This document shows positions 8,883 through 20,137 of a stretch of 64,000 nucleotides of DNA, piece by piece. Numbering within the stretch: position 1 is the first letter of the stretch; each line of letters opens with the position of its first letter. The stretch lies in IMG/VR virus record IMGVR_UViG_3300050120_000230, positions 124,001-188,000 of that record. The stretch is one strand, 5' to 3'. The position numbers and the translations under genes were made by a program. The notes under the pieces were generated by a model. It was not told the DNA's origin. It did no database searches and saw only the letters and a list, made by a program, of their open reading frames with translations.

Positions 8883-10735
8883 CTCATGTCACCCGACAGG
8901 ACGTATTCGGCGACCGTTCCGTTGGCAGTACGAACCGTCACGGAGATTTCAGACCACTGCTTACGGCCTTTGGTGAAGCCGTCAGCCTGACGAATAGTCG
9001 TGCCGGTGTTGGCCACGAAAGTCGGAATGCCAGTTGCATTCGCCACGCGAACCAAGCAATTGAACCCGGCGAACAATGTGTTCGGCAGAATCAAAGAACC
9101 ATTGCCGCTGTTCCATTCAACGACTCGCCCGTGGTCAATAACGGTGAGCACACCATTTGCCGTGATGATCGTGTTGCTGATGATCGAAAGCGGGAACTGG
9201 TGAACGTGATCTTCACGCGATGCGACGTTCGCCACACCAACTGCGTTCGTCGTTCCCAAACCTAGTGGGCTGATGATCGAATAGACCGCATTGGCGCCAT
9301 TGACGCCCGCGTTGCCTTGCGGCCCCGTCGCTCCGGTCAGGCCGGTGTTGCCAATGGGACCTTGCAGACCAGTTGAACCCGTGTTGCCGGTCGCGCCAGT
9401 GGCACCTGTGTTGCCGATTGGACCCTGAGCACCGGTGTTGCCTTGTGGCCCCTGCGCTCCAACGAGGCTGGTGAGCCAGAATGTGACGTTGCCCGAAAAA
9501 CCTTGGGTGACTGCGACTTGATACGCGTTCGCTCCATCGACCCCTGCGTTACCTTGCGGGCCGGTTGATCCCGTAGCTCCGGTGTTGCCAATCGGGCCTT
9601 GGACGCCAGCGTTACCTTGGGCGCCTGTATTGCCGATGGGACCTTGAAGACCAGTCGAGCCGGTGTTGCCGATGGGACCTTGAATACCCGCATTGCCTTG
9701 AGCACCGGTGTTGCCAATGGGACCTTGGGGACCGGTGGCCCCCGCATTGCCTTGAGGACCGGGAACGGTAGAATCGGCGCCTTGCGGGCCAACCAGCGTC
9801 AACAGCCATGAAGTCGTATTGCCAACGAAACCGTCTTCGACCGCGATGACGTAAGCATTCGCGCCATCGACACCCGCATTGCCTTGCGAACCAGCAGGGC
9901 CAGTGTCGCCCGTAGTGCCAGTGTTTCCTTGAATGCCCGGTTCGCCTTGATCCCCTTGGGGACCGACGAGCGATGCGAGCCAAGTGGAAACGTTGCCAGA
10001 GAACGCCTCTTCGGTGACGGCGATGGTGTATGCGTTCGCGCCATCGACGCCTGCGTTACCTTGCGGTCCAACAGGGCCTAGATCGCCTTGCGGGCCGGGG
10101 ACCGTCGAGTCCGCGCCTTGCGGGCCTACGAGAGATGCCAGCCATGTTGAAACGTTGCCGGAGAAACTCTCTTCTTCGACCGCGATCACGTATGCGTTGG
10201 CGCCGTCTACGCCTGCGTTACCTTGTGGGCCGACATCGCCTTGAACGCCGGTGTTCCCCACGGGACCTTGCGAACCAGTCGTTCCTTGAACGCCCGGCGG
10301 ACCTTGGTCACCGGGCGGTCCTTGCGGCCCGGTGTTGCCCGTGATGCCTTGGCTACCGGTCTCGCCTTGAACGCCGGTGTTCCCAATGGGACCTTGCGGT
10401 CCTTGCGGACCATCCGGTCCCTGTGAACCGGTGTCACCCTTCGGACCAGTATTACCGGTCGGTCCACTGATGCCTTGCGGCCCGGCAGGAATAGTCCCGG
10501 CGATAATGCTCGTGTTGTCAGTGAGATGGAAAGTCAGCACACCCGTGTTGGCAGCCAGCACGATGCCGTCGATGCCAATGCCATGCGGGCCAAGCTCGCC
10601 TTGCGGACCCTGCGGACCAACGACCGTGGTCACGGTTTCGGCCGATGCAGATGCATTGGGTTCGATCAAAATGGCGTTGCTGACGAAGTAAACGTTTCCT
10701 TCAGCATCAATGCGGAGATCATCAATTGTAGGCAT
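8879..10735 (-). CDS. Collagen-like (Gly-X-Y) fibre protein
   Basis: Long GPQG/GNTG triplet runs with repeated GANAY...WL.SLVG cassettes; late promoter at 10762-10768. Confidence 0.9.
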   Translation of the reverse strand: MPTIDDLRIDAEGNVYFVSNAILIEPNASASAETVTTVVGPQGPQGELGPHGIGIDGIVLAANTGVLTFHLTDNTSIIAGTIPAGPQGISGPTGNTGPKGDTGSQGPDGPQGPQGPIGNTGVQGETGSQGITGNTGPQGPPGDQGPPGVQGTTGSQGPVGNTGVQGDVGPQGNAGVDGANAYVIAVEEESFSGNVSTWLASLVGPQGADSTVPGPQGDLGPVGPQGNAGVDGANAYTIAVTEEAFSGNVSTWLASLVGPQGDQGEPGIQGNTGTTGDTGPAGSQGNAGVDGANAYVIAVEDGFVGNTTSWLLTLVGPQGADSTVPGPQGNAGATGPQGPIGNTGAQGNAGIQGPIGNTGSTGLQGPIGNTGAQGNAGVQGPIGNTGATGSTGPQGNAGVDGANAYQVAVTQGFSGNVTFWLTSLVGAQGPQGNTGAQGPIGNTGATGATGNTGSTGLQGPIGNTGLTGATGPQGNAGVNGANAVYSIISPLGLGTTNAVGVANVASREDHVHQFPLSIISNTIITANGVLTVIDHGRVVEWNSGNGSLILPNTLFAGFNCLVRVANATGIPTFVANTGTTIRQADGFTKGRKQWSEISVTVRTANGTVAEYVLSGDMS

Positions 10736-10869
10736 TTCACACCGATCCAAGTAATATCGTGTATTTAGGGTCGGGTGCTATTTTGGTTGGTGGCTGTTTT
10801 TCCTCAATTTTTGGCTAAATACTCGACCATAACTCGGAAGCCGGTGGTTCCTATACTACCAAGCCATAA

Positions 10870-12465
<1,596 letters not shown>

Positions 12466-12575
12466 CCAACAACGTTCGTTTTTCGACTGAAAAATATTGC
12501 ATTTTTCTGCTCTTTTTCGTTGACCGAATCGCTATCCGTGGTATTTTCATAATACAGCAACGCGGGAGCCACCAC

Positions 12576-13274
12576 ATGTCCATGTTCGACAGCGCCAAGA
12601 CCCTGAAGACCGGTAAGGCCCCCAAGGCGACTTCGGTCAAGGAACAAATCACGATTGCTGGCATCGAAGTGGTCGCCGCTCTCGACGTGGTCATCAAGTC
12701 GCTGGTCGCGCTGAAGAAGACCAAGGACGCCGACGTGAAGGACGCCATGATCGGCTACTTCGCCGAAAAGGGCGTGGCCACCGGCGCCCGTCCCGTCAAT
12801 TTCCGTGGCGTCGAAGGCGCCGCCTCCGCTTCCTGCGAACTCCGCATCCGTTCGTCCGCCTCGGCGTTGACCCCCGATGAAATCGAACTGCTCGCCGCGA
12901 AGAACATCCCCATGGAAACCGTGGTGGACACCGTCGAGACGTTCGTCATCAACCCGGAATACCTGAACGACGCCGAAATCATGGGCAAGATCGAAGCCGC
13001 CCTGAAGAAGGTCAAGGGCATCCCCGAAGACCTTTTCCTGAAGCAGGAAGGCCGCTCGAAGACCATCGTCGGCGAAGGCGCTTTCGACGCGCTGTTCTCC
13101 AACAAGGACATGAACGAAGAGGAAGCCATCGATCTGCTTCCCCTGATCTCGGTCCCGGCCATCAAGCCGACGCTGGACAACGACGATCTTTCCAGCGCCT
13201 TCGAGATCGCCCGCAAGATGCTGGTGCCGTCGAAGCCCGCCAAGGCCGCCAAGGGTGCGAAGGCCGCCGCGTAA
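12576..13274 (+). CDS. Hypothetical protein
   Basis: 232 aa, strong codon bias, upstream TTGACC promoter. Confidence 0.85.
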   Translation: MSMFDSAKTLKTGKAPKATSVKEQITIAGIEVVAALDVVIKSLVALKKTKDADVKDAMIGYFAEKGVATGARPVNFRGVEGAASASCELRIRSSASALTPDEIELLAAKNIPMETVVDTVETFVINPEYLNDAEIMGKIEAALKKVKGIPEDLFLKQEGRSKTIVGEGAFDALFSNKDMNEEEAIDLLPLISVPAIKPTLDNDDLSSAFEIARKMLVPSKPAKAAKGAKAAA

Positions 13275-13277
13275 GCG

Positions 13278-13577
13278 GTGCTCTACACCAGTCCAAGTTC
13301 TATCATCCCCACTGGGGTAACGGCCGGTGATATGTGGCACGCCACAGACACCGGTCGCCTTCATATCTGGACCGGAAGTTATTGGAAACCGGCTTGGGCC
13401 GTCGATCATCCGAATGTTCTTGAATGGACCGAACAGCGCCGCGCTGATTGGTCGAACTACAGAGACCGCATTCTCATCAAAGTGGTCGAACTTGTCATAA
13501 CGATTTTCATGCTTTCTCTGGTTGGTTTTTCGCTCTGGAATTGGCACATAAAAGTCGTGCTCCACATGCGGTCGTGA
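13278..13577 (+). CDS. Small hypothetical membrane protein
   Basis: C-terminal hydrophobic stretch. Confidence 0.55.
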   Translation: MLYTSPSSIIPTGVTAGDMWHATDTGRLHIWTGSYWKPAWAVDHPNVLEWTEQRRADWSNYRDRILIKVVELVITIFMLSLVGFSLWNWHIKVVLHMRS

Positions 13578-13608
13578 TACACAATTCAGATCAGCACTGG
13601 GTAAGAAC

Positions 13609-13839
13609 ATGACGCAAGAATTGCACGTCGTCCTCGGGGGCGAACTGGTTGATCTGGACGGAACGGAGTTCCGAGACCCTTCGAAAATCCACTACGTGGG
13701 GGTGTTCCCGAACCGCCCGGCCGCCGTGGCAGCATGGCGCGGCAACGCTCAGCAGACGGTGGACAACGCTCTGATGCGGTATTTCGTGCTCCCTCTGCAT
13801 GAACTTCTCGAACATCTGCATCCGATGGAACATCACTGA
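13609..13839 (+). CDS. DUF4170-like protein
   Basis: LHVVLGGEL.D....EF.D......VG.FP....A..AWRG.AQ.TVDNA.MRYF pattern, typical of Alphaproteobacteria. Confidence 0.75.
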   Translation: MTQELHVVLGGELVDLDGTEFRDPSKIHYVGVFPNRPAAVAAWRGNAQQTVDNALMRYFVLPLHELLEHLHPMEHH

Positions 13840-13851
13840 ACTCGCATTTGC

Positions 13852-13879
13852 TTGACGGTCCTCAGTATTGAGATAGATT
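13852..13879 (+). promoter_or_regulatory. Sigma70-type early promoter TTGAC-N16-TAGATT
   Basis: The same geometry occurs at 26807-26834 (+), 48172-48199 (+), 34694-34721 (-), 54647-54674 (-) and 2827-2854 (-). Confidence 0.65.
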
Positions 13880-13906
13880 GGTCTCAGGATTTGCAGGAGA
13901 CTTTTC

Positions 13907-14551
13907 ATGCGATTTGACGAATGGCGCTATCTCTGGCCACCCCGTCCGGGTTCGGAAAACGCCATCGCCAAGAGTCTGCTTCCCCACTTCGAAGAGCAGG
14001 GTTGGATCGCGCAGACGAAGATGAACGGAACGTGCAACGTCATGGGCGTGGCACCGGATCGGAAGACCATCCGCGCCATGTCTCGTCATAACGACGAACA
14101 CAAACTCTGGTCGCCGAGCGTCCACACGACCGCCCCGTTCAAGAAACTACCGGGAGTGGGCTGGTATGTGTTCGTGGCCGAACTCATGCACTCCAAGGTC
14201 ACTGGCGGGCCGCGAGACACCAACTACATCCACGACATCCTCGTGGCCGATGGTGAGTATCTCGTCGGTGTGACGTTCGCGGAGCGGCAAGCTCTCCTGC
14301 ACAAGGTGCTTGGAATCACCCCGGCGACGAAGAAAACCAAGACCCACTACATTCTGGACGATCACACTTGGGTGGCAGTGAACCATACTACCGGTTTCCC
14401 GGCGCTCTTTGAGACCCTCGTCAAGACGGTCGAGCACGAAGGCGTGGTGGTCAAGAACCCGAACGCCAAGCTCGGCATGTGCTCGCGGGAGAAATCGAAC
14501 AGCGCGTGGCAAGTCAAATGCCGCAGGGGTGGCAAGAACTACACGTCGTGA
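13907..14551 (+). CDS. Stand-alone ATP-dependent ligase-type nucleotidyltransferase domain
   Basis: KMNG (motif I), FVAEL, IHDIL, HEGVVVK and WQVK motifs; no OB domain. Confidence 0.65.
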   Translation: MRFDEWRYLWPPRPGSENAIAKSLLPHFEEQGWIAQTKMNGTCNVMGVAPDRKTIRAMSRHNDEHKLWSPSVHTTAPFKKLPGVGWYVFVAELMHSKVTGGPRDTNYIHDILVADGEYLVGVTFAERQALLHKVLGITPATKKTKTHYILDDHTWVAVNHTTGFPALFETLVKTVEHEGVVVKNPNAKLGMCSREKSNSAWQVKCRRGGKNYTS

Positions 14552-14562
14552 TATGGTGGCTT

Positions 14563-14820
14563 ATGGAAGCCTCACGCACTCGCCTCACCTTGGACCTGTC
14601 CGCCCGCCTGACGCGAAGCGTCGAGCGCATCACGGAGCAGCAGGGTATCAGTAAGGCCGACGTGTTTCGTAATGCTCTTGCCTTGCTTTTCGCGTTCGAT
14701 GACGCAGCGAAAGACGGGTTCGCCGTTGGCGCCTTTGATTCACGGCAGGGCATCTATCGTGAATTTGTTGGACGGGGTGTGCCTCACCGCGACGAGCACG
14801 TCATCGCCAGTGTAGCTTGA
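14563..14820 (+). CDS. Ribbon-helix-helix DNA-binding protein
   Basis: TRLTLDL...VERI....GISKADVFRNAL. Confidence 0.65.
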   Translation: MEASRTRLTLDLSARLTRSVERITEQQGISKADVFRNALALLFAFDDAAKDGFAVGAFDSRQGIYREFVGRGVPHRDEHVIASVA

Positions 14821-15310
14821 ACATCGCCGCCGTCTTCACGTCGGAGAACATGTAAACGGCGTCCTCCCTGTCTTGCACCATGCTCCATTTTTCGACGACG
14901 TTTTGATCGCACCATGCGTCTGCATCGGCAGACCACTTAACGCGCACTGCGGTGGGTGATGTCTCTAGTCCAGCCGCGAGTGCCTGTGCCGCATGATGCT
15001 GACTGGTCGTCTCAGCCAGTTCTTTTTTCAAATGATTGGCCATCATGAAGGCTGATTCGAGCGAGCGCACCGCCTCGATGGCCAACGTCGCCTCGCCGGA
15101 GCGCCGATTGTAATCTGGATCGTCCATTTTGCGATGAGAGATTCGCTCAGCATGATGCTGAAGAACTCCTCTTGCATATTCGAGAATTTCACCCCTCGAA
15201 GGCTGACGCCCGCGCTCGAACCGGGTCTCGTATTGATCCCGATACGACAAGGATGATCGGTTTTTTTGCTCGCGCAGAAGGTCAAATATTTTCGACTTAG
15301 CAGGGGGCAT
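14801..15310 (-). CDS. Hypothetical protein, FxxxxDAxxFKLxW family
   Basis: C-terminus FSDVKTAAMFKLHWR. Confidence 0.7.
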   Translation of the reverse strand: MPPAKSKIFDLLREQKNRSSLSYRDQYETRFERGRQPSRGEILEYARGVLQHHAERISHRKMDDPDYNRRSGEATLAIEAVRSLESAFMMANHLKKELAETTSQHHAAQALAAGLETSPTAVRVKWSADADAWCDQNVVEKWSMVQDREDAVYMFSDVKTAAMFKLHWR

Positions 15311-15375
15311 CGAGCAAATCCCAAAAGGCCGAGAGGGCGGATAAATACGATACTACAGGATTTTGGGAGCACCAA

Positions 15376-17331
15376 TTGATTTCGCTCGACACCGCAGCCA
15401 CCGAGGTCTTCCAGATTCTCCGCTCATATGATTATGCGGTGATGATGTATGACGACGACGGCAATCAGGTCTACAAGCCGGAAGAAACGCGTCGCTTCTT
15501 CGCAAAGCCCGAAAACCTGCTCGTTTCCCTAGTCGAAGACGGGGACAACAGCAGCATTCGGCTCTATCTCGGCAAGTCCACGGACATCTCTGACGTGCTC
15601 AGCCTCGATCAGACCCTTCGTCGGACAGCTACTAAATACAACATGATTTTCAACGTCAAACGCTACGGGCGTGACCTTCAACCGGCGGACTTCGCCACGA
15701 AGGCGTCTGTGACGGAGGACAAGAAAGAGGAAACTATGAACATTCTTGAAGGCATGTATGGAACGACACGCAGTTCCTACCTCAAGCTTGAAAACGCCCG
15801 CATGATCGTCCGCCACTCGAAGAAGATCGACGAAATGGTCATGGGCAGCCGTGGTCGTCACATCGACGCGATTTTCGTCGAAAACGCTGTAGGCGAACGT
15901 TTCCTGTTCCCCACTCGTCAACTGTCTCCGGCGCGCGCGATGACGCAGCACGTCAACCAAGGCGGCGGCTTTGCGGACATGGTCGGCCAACAGATTACTC
16001 GCATGGCGAATGACTATGCCAACCTCGGCGCCGCGTCTGGTCACATTGCAGCGAACTCGAACATGCTTGGCGAGTCGGCCCAAGCCGTCCGCCAGACGTG
16101 CCGGACTCAAATGCATGAGATGCGGAAGTGCTTTGAGCGCCTCGCCCGCGCCAACAATCCAGAAAAATGGGCCGCGTTCGCTGAAGCCGTAGAAGCAAAG
16201 TGCGACACCCTCAACGAGGGCGAAGAAGTCGCCATCGACATCACGGAAGTTCGCGACATGCTGACGGTCGAAGGCACGGAACTGGACGAGAGCGTGCTCA
16301 CCACTGTTGCAGAAGCCCTCAAGAGCGCCGAGATAGACGAAGGCGCGTCCAACGAGATCAAAGAACCGAAATGCCGCGAATGCGGCGGTAAGGGCCTCGT
16401 CAATGGTGACGCTGATGTCTGCCCGTCCTGCGCTGGTTCTGGTGTGGACTCCGTTGTCATCGTCGGCCGCCCGGTTTCCAAAGAAGCATGGGACGAACTG
16501 AAGAACGGTCATATCGAACTCTATCATCCCGTGGCCAACGACGACTCGGAACCGCGTTTCACCAGCCGAGCCGCCTATCTGGCGTTCAAGCTTGGCAAGA
16601 TCGTTCCTGAGATCAAGAGCGACAGCTTGGTCAATTTCCTCAGCTACGTTGCCGATCAACTCCAAAGCGGCCACAACGATCCGTCTCGTGCAAAGAGCCT
16701 CGAACGTATCGCCATGCACACCATCACCATCGCGACCCCGCGTGACGAAATGGCAGTGAAGAGTGAATCGGTAGAAGCTTATCGTGAGTTCACCGAATGG
16801 ATGGACTCCACGTCGCCGAGCCGTGTGCTCGCAGAGCATGACCCGGACGATCATGACTATGGCTACGAAGCCACGGATGACCAGATCGAAGGCGATGCAG
16901 AGCAAGTGGCCAATGATTTCGAACCCGAGGACTTCCTGAAGTCGTGTGGAGAAGATTTCCATTGGGGCACCGCTGAAGCGCCGGAAGAGAAGGAGTTCGA
17001 CAAGAGCTTCATCGTCGGCCTGCTGACCCGCTATCTGGACAAGAAAGTCGAAGAAGCGACCGGTCGCGAAGGCGATGTCTATGACATGAGCGAGTTCGCT
17101 GAGAGCCTGTTCGACCGTGTCGAGCCCATGCTGTCGGAAGCTGGCTATAAGCTGTCCGAAGGTGAACTGAGCCGCGAAGATATGGTCATCCCGACCAACC
17201 AAGGCGAAGACCTGAAGCGTGAAGTCACGAAATCCACGTCAACTGACCCGGTTACCGGTGAACAGATTCCGGCCGACACCGACTATATTGGCCGTATCCG
17301 CACGCTCGCGGGTATGCCGTGGAATCGTTAA
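15376..17331 (+). CDS. Conserved hypothetical protein upstream of SSB, with CxxCxGxG zinc-finger insert
   Basis: 651 aa, late promoter at 15341, CRECGGKG...CPSCAGSG. Confidence 0.85.
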   Translation: MISLDTAATEVFQILRSYDYAVMMYDDDGNQVYKPEETRRFFAKPENLLVSLVEDGDNSSIRLYLGKSTDISDVLSLDQTLRRTATKYNMIFNVKRYGRDLQPADFATKASVTEDKKEETMNILEGMYGTTRSSYLKLENARMIVRHSKKIDEMVMGSRGRHIDAIFVENAVGERFLFPTRQLSPARAMTQHVNQGGGFADMVGQQITRMANDYANLGAASGHIAANSNMLGESAQAVRQTCRTQMHEMRKCFERLARANNPEKWAAFAEAVEAKCDTLNEGEEVAIDITEVRDMLTVEGTELDESVLTTVAEALKSAEIDEGASNEIKEPKCRECGGKGLVNGDADVCPSCAGSGVDSVVIVGRPVSKEAWDELKNGHIELYHPVANDDSEPRFTSRAAYLAFKLGKIVPEIKSDSLVNFLSYVADQLQSGHNDPSRAKSLERIAMHTITIATPRDEMAVKSESVEAYREFTEWMDSTSPSRVLAEHDPDDHDYGYEATDDQIEGDAEQVANDFEPEDFLKSCGEDFHWGTAEAPEEKEFDKSFIVGLLTRYLDKKVEEATGREGDVYDMSEFAESLFDRVEPMLSEAGYKLSEGELSREDMVIPTNQGEDLKREVTKSTSTDPVTGEQIPADTDYIGRIRTLAGMPWNR

Positions 17332-17375
17332 GAGATTAATATTGACGTGCCGACGCGGCGCTCAGTATTCTGAGC

Positions 17376-17447
17376 ATGGATTGAGAAGTCCATGTGTGTA
17401 AGCCACTGACTTGGGGAGGAACTCATACGGGTTTCTCCCCTTTTTTT
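17376..17447 (+). ncRNA. Candidate small RNA
   Basis: TTGACG/TATTCT promoter, 5' hairpin ATGGA..TCCAT, intrinsic terminator GGGGAGGAAC..GTTTCTCCCC-T7, no ORF. Confidence 0.5.
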
Positions 17448-17617
17448 GGTTAACGATTAATATTGCGACCCGAAAAATAATCTGCGAGATTGAGGTTGTC
17501 AGGGAAAATTAGGTCTCTGACGAAGATAAATAGAAGTATCCGGCGACGATTGCAGTCATCCGGTTTTTTACAACTTGAAACATTTGTTCAGGCAAATTTG
17601 AAAGGCAACTGATTATC

Positions 17618-18601
17618 ATGGCTACTAAAGCTGAAATTATGGAAGCACTGAAGGCTCAAAAAGAAAAGAGCCAGCGTGGCAACAAGACCCAATCCAGCGG
17701 CGGCGACAATGCGTCCTACGCCTTCTGGAATATCGACGTTGGAGCAACGGCTACGATCCGTTTCCTGCCCGATAAGGACCCCAACAACACCTTCTTCTGG
17801 GTCAAGCGCGAAGTCATCAAGATGCCGTTCGACGGCGTCGAGGGTGGCGATTATCCCACCAACAAGCCCGTCACCGTCACTGTTCCCTGCGTGGAAATGT
17901 GGGGCGAATCCTGCCCGATCCTGACCGCCACTCGTCCGTGGTGGAAAGACCCCGCGAAGGAAGCTACCGCACGCACCTATTGGAAGAAGAAGTCTTTCAT
18001 CTTCCAAGGCTTCGTCGTGTCGTCGCCGTTCGAAGAGCAAAACCTGCCCGAGAACCCGATCCGTCGTTTCGTCATCAACCCGTCGATCTTCGAGATCATC
18101 GAGAAGAGCCTGATGGACCCGGAAATGGAAGACATGCCCACCGACTACGTCGGCGGCGTTGACTTCCGCATCGCGAAGACGAAGCAGGGAGAGTATTCGA
18201 ACTACAAGACTTCTTCGTGGTCCCGCAAGACTCGTTCGCTGAGCGAAGACGAACAGGCCGCTGTCCAACAGCACGGTCTCTTCAACCTCGCTGACTACCT
18301 CGGCCGCAAGCCGGACGCCGACGAAATGGCCGCGATCAAGGCGATGTTCGAAGACTCCGTTGCTGGTCGTCCGTTCGACGTGGCCTCCTTCGGGCAATAC
18401 TACCGCCCGTATGGCGACCGTGACTCGGATGCGGCTCCGGCTGCTCGCACGACCCCGGCCGCAACGGCTGTCCGTGAAACGGCTCCGGCCGCCGAGCGTG
18501 ACGAACCGGCCGCGACCACGACTCCGGCAGCACCGTCCTCTGCGACGGCCAACGCTCAAGAAATCCTTGAGCGCATCAAGAACCGGACGATGAAGGGCTA
18601 A
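17618..18601 (+). CDS. gp32: Single-stranded DNA-binding protein (T4 gp32-like)
   Basis: IRFLPD....FFW, VPCVEMWGE.CPIL, YWKKKS, F.I.KT..G.Y..Y..S. Confidence 0.92.
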   Translation: MATKAEIMEALKAQKEKSQRGNKTQSSGGDNASYAFWNIDVGATATIRFLPDKDPNNTFFWVKREVIKMPFDGVEGGDYPTNKPVTVTVPCVEMWGESCPILTATRPWWKDPAKEATARTYWKKKSFIFQGFVVSSPFEEQNLPENPIRRFVINPSIFEIIEKSLMDPEMEDMPTDYVGGVDFRIAKTKQGEYSNYKTSSWSRKTRSLSEDEQAAVQQHGLFNLADYLGRKPDADEMAAIKAMFEDSVAGRPFDVASFGQYYRPYGDRDSDAAPAARTTPAATAVRETAPAAERDEPAATTTPAAPSSATANAQEILERIKNRTMKG

Positions 18602-18609
18602 CGCCCATT

Positions 18610-18643
18610 GGGGGAGTGCCGCAGCGCGGCGCTCCCCTTTCTT
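18610..18643 (+). terminator. Intrinsic terminator after SSB
   Basis: GGGGAGTGCCGC..GCGGCGCTCCCC followed by a T-rich run. Confidence 0.7.
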
Positions 18644-18702
18644 CACCTACAATTTGAATAGCCCACTGTGGTGCGAACACCCATGTGCGGACGAAAGGAA
18701 AT

Positions 18703-19809
18703 ATGGTTCAACCCTTTGATCTAAGCAAACTCCGCAAGGGGATCGACAAGTCAATTCAGGGCTTGTCCTACGGGTTCAACGACCCGACGACTTGGCTCAA
18801 CACTGGTTGCTATGCCCTCAACTATCTGATCTGCGACCGATTCGACGGGGGTATTCCGCTCGAAGGCAAGTTCACGATGTTCGCGGGCGACAGCGGCAGC
18901 GGCAAGTCCTACATCGCCTCAGCCAATCTCATCAAGGACGCACAGGCCAAGGGGGTTTTCCCGATCCTCGTGGACACTGAAAACGCCCTCGACGAATCGT
19001 GGTTGAACGCACTGGATGTCGATACCGACCCGACCAAGATGATGAAGGTCTCCGGCGCCACCGTCGATGACGTTGCCGCTATGTTGGGCATGGTCATCGA
19101 TCTCTACCGCACGGAGAACGATCCGAAACCTTACGCTGATCGCGCCAAGGTTCTCATCATCATCGATTCCCTCGGAATGCTCATCACGCCGAACCAAGAA
19201 AAGCAGTTCATGGAAGGCGACATGAAGGGCGACATGGGCATCAAGGCCAAGCAAATCACGAGCATGTTGCGCGTGATGATGGCCAAGATCGCCTCGCAAC
19301 CCATCGGCCTCTTGGCCACCAACCACGTCTACGATAGTCAAGACCAATACAAGCCAGACACGATTCCGGGCGGCAAGATGTTGGAGTTCGCCTCGTCCGT
19401 CATCATTCAGATGAACAAGCTTCTTCTGAAGGAAGATGAAAACGGTGTGAAGCTGACGGACGGTGAAGTCGCGGGCATCAAGTCCTCGACCGTCGTTCGG
19501 AAGTCTCGCTACGCGAAGCCCTTCGAAAAGCTGAAGATCAACATTCCGTATGACAAGGGCATGGACCCTTATTCGGGCCTGTTCGATCTCTTCGAGAAGA
19601 AGGGTCTGATTACCAAGGACGGCGCGCGCTATGTCTACACTTCCCCGGTGACCGGCGAAGTGCTGAAGGACTATCGGAAACGTTTCAAGCCCGCAGGTTG
19701 GCTGGATCAGATCATGGCCGAGCAAGAAGCATGGGACAAAGAAAAGCCCGGTGTGGAAGGTTTCGACCACACGGAAGGCGCGAACTATATTGAGGGGGAA
19801 GACGACTAA
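18703..19809 (+). CDS. uvsX: RecA-like recombinase UvsX
   Basis: Walker A FAGDSGSGKS, IIIDSLGML, TNHVY, GG...FASS. Confidence 0.95.
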   Translation: MVQPFDLSKLRKGIDKSIQGLSYGFNDPTTWLNTGCYALNYLICDRFDGGIPLEGKFTMFAGDSGSGKSYIASANLIKDAQAKGVFPILVDTENALDESWLNALDVDTDPTKMMKVSGATVDDVAAMLGMVIDLYRTENDPKPYADRAKVLIIIDSLGMLITPNQEKQFMEGDMKGDMGIKAKQITSMLRVMMAKIASQPIGLLATNHVYDSQDQYKPDTIPGGKMLEFASSVIIQMNKLLLKEDENGVKLTDGEVAGIKSSTVVRKSRYAKPFEKLKINIPYDKGMDPYSGLFDLFEKKGLITKDGARYVYTSPVTGEVLKDYRKRFKPAGWLDQIMAEQEAWDKEKPGVEGFDHTEGANYIEGEDD

Positions 19810-19894
19810 CCCACTGAGATAAGTAGAAAATGCGCGAGCTTTGGAATAGTCTGAAGTTCGTGTGTTTTCATCCCCCAACTGTGAGTAGTGCGTT

Positions 19895-20131
19895 ATGAAT
19901 AGTGAGAGTAAAGTAGTAGCAGAACTTTGGGATTTGGTCCGAGATCATATCCCGAGTGCAAGGCGCCTAGAGATGGCCATTGGTTTTCTCAGAGCGTTCG
20001 AAGAATACGGTTTCGACTCTCGCGACATGCAAGACATCCTTGATGAGGATCGTTACCTCGCCCGTGCATATGCCGATCTCTACGATGTCGGTGAAGAAGG
20101 CGAAGAAGAAGACGAAGGTTACGGAGACTAA
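19895..20131 (+). CDS. Hypothetical protein
   Basis: 78 aa with acidic tail, between uvsX and uvsY. Confidence 0.8.
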   Translation: MNSESKVVAELWDLVRDHIPSARRLEMAIGFLRAFEEYGFDSRDMQDILDEDRYLARAYADLYDVGEEGEEEDEGYGD

Positions 20132-20137
20132 GCCAAT

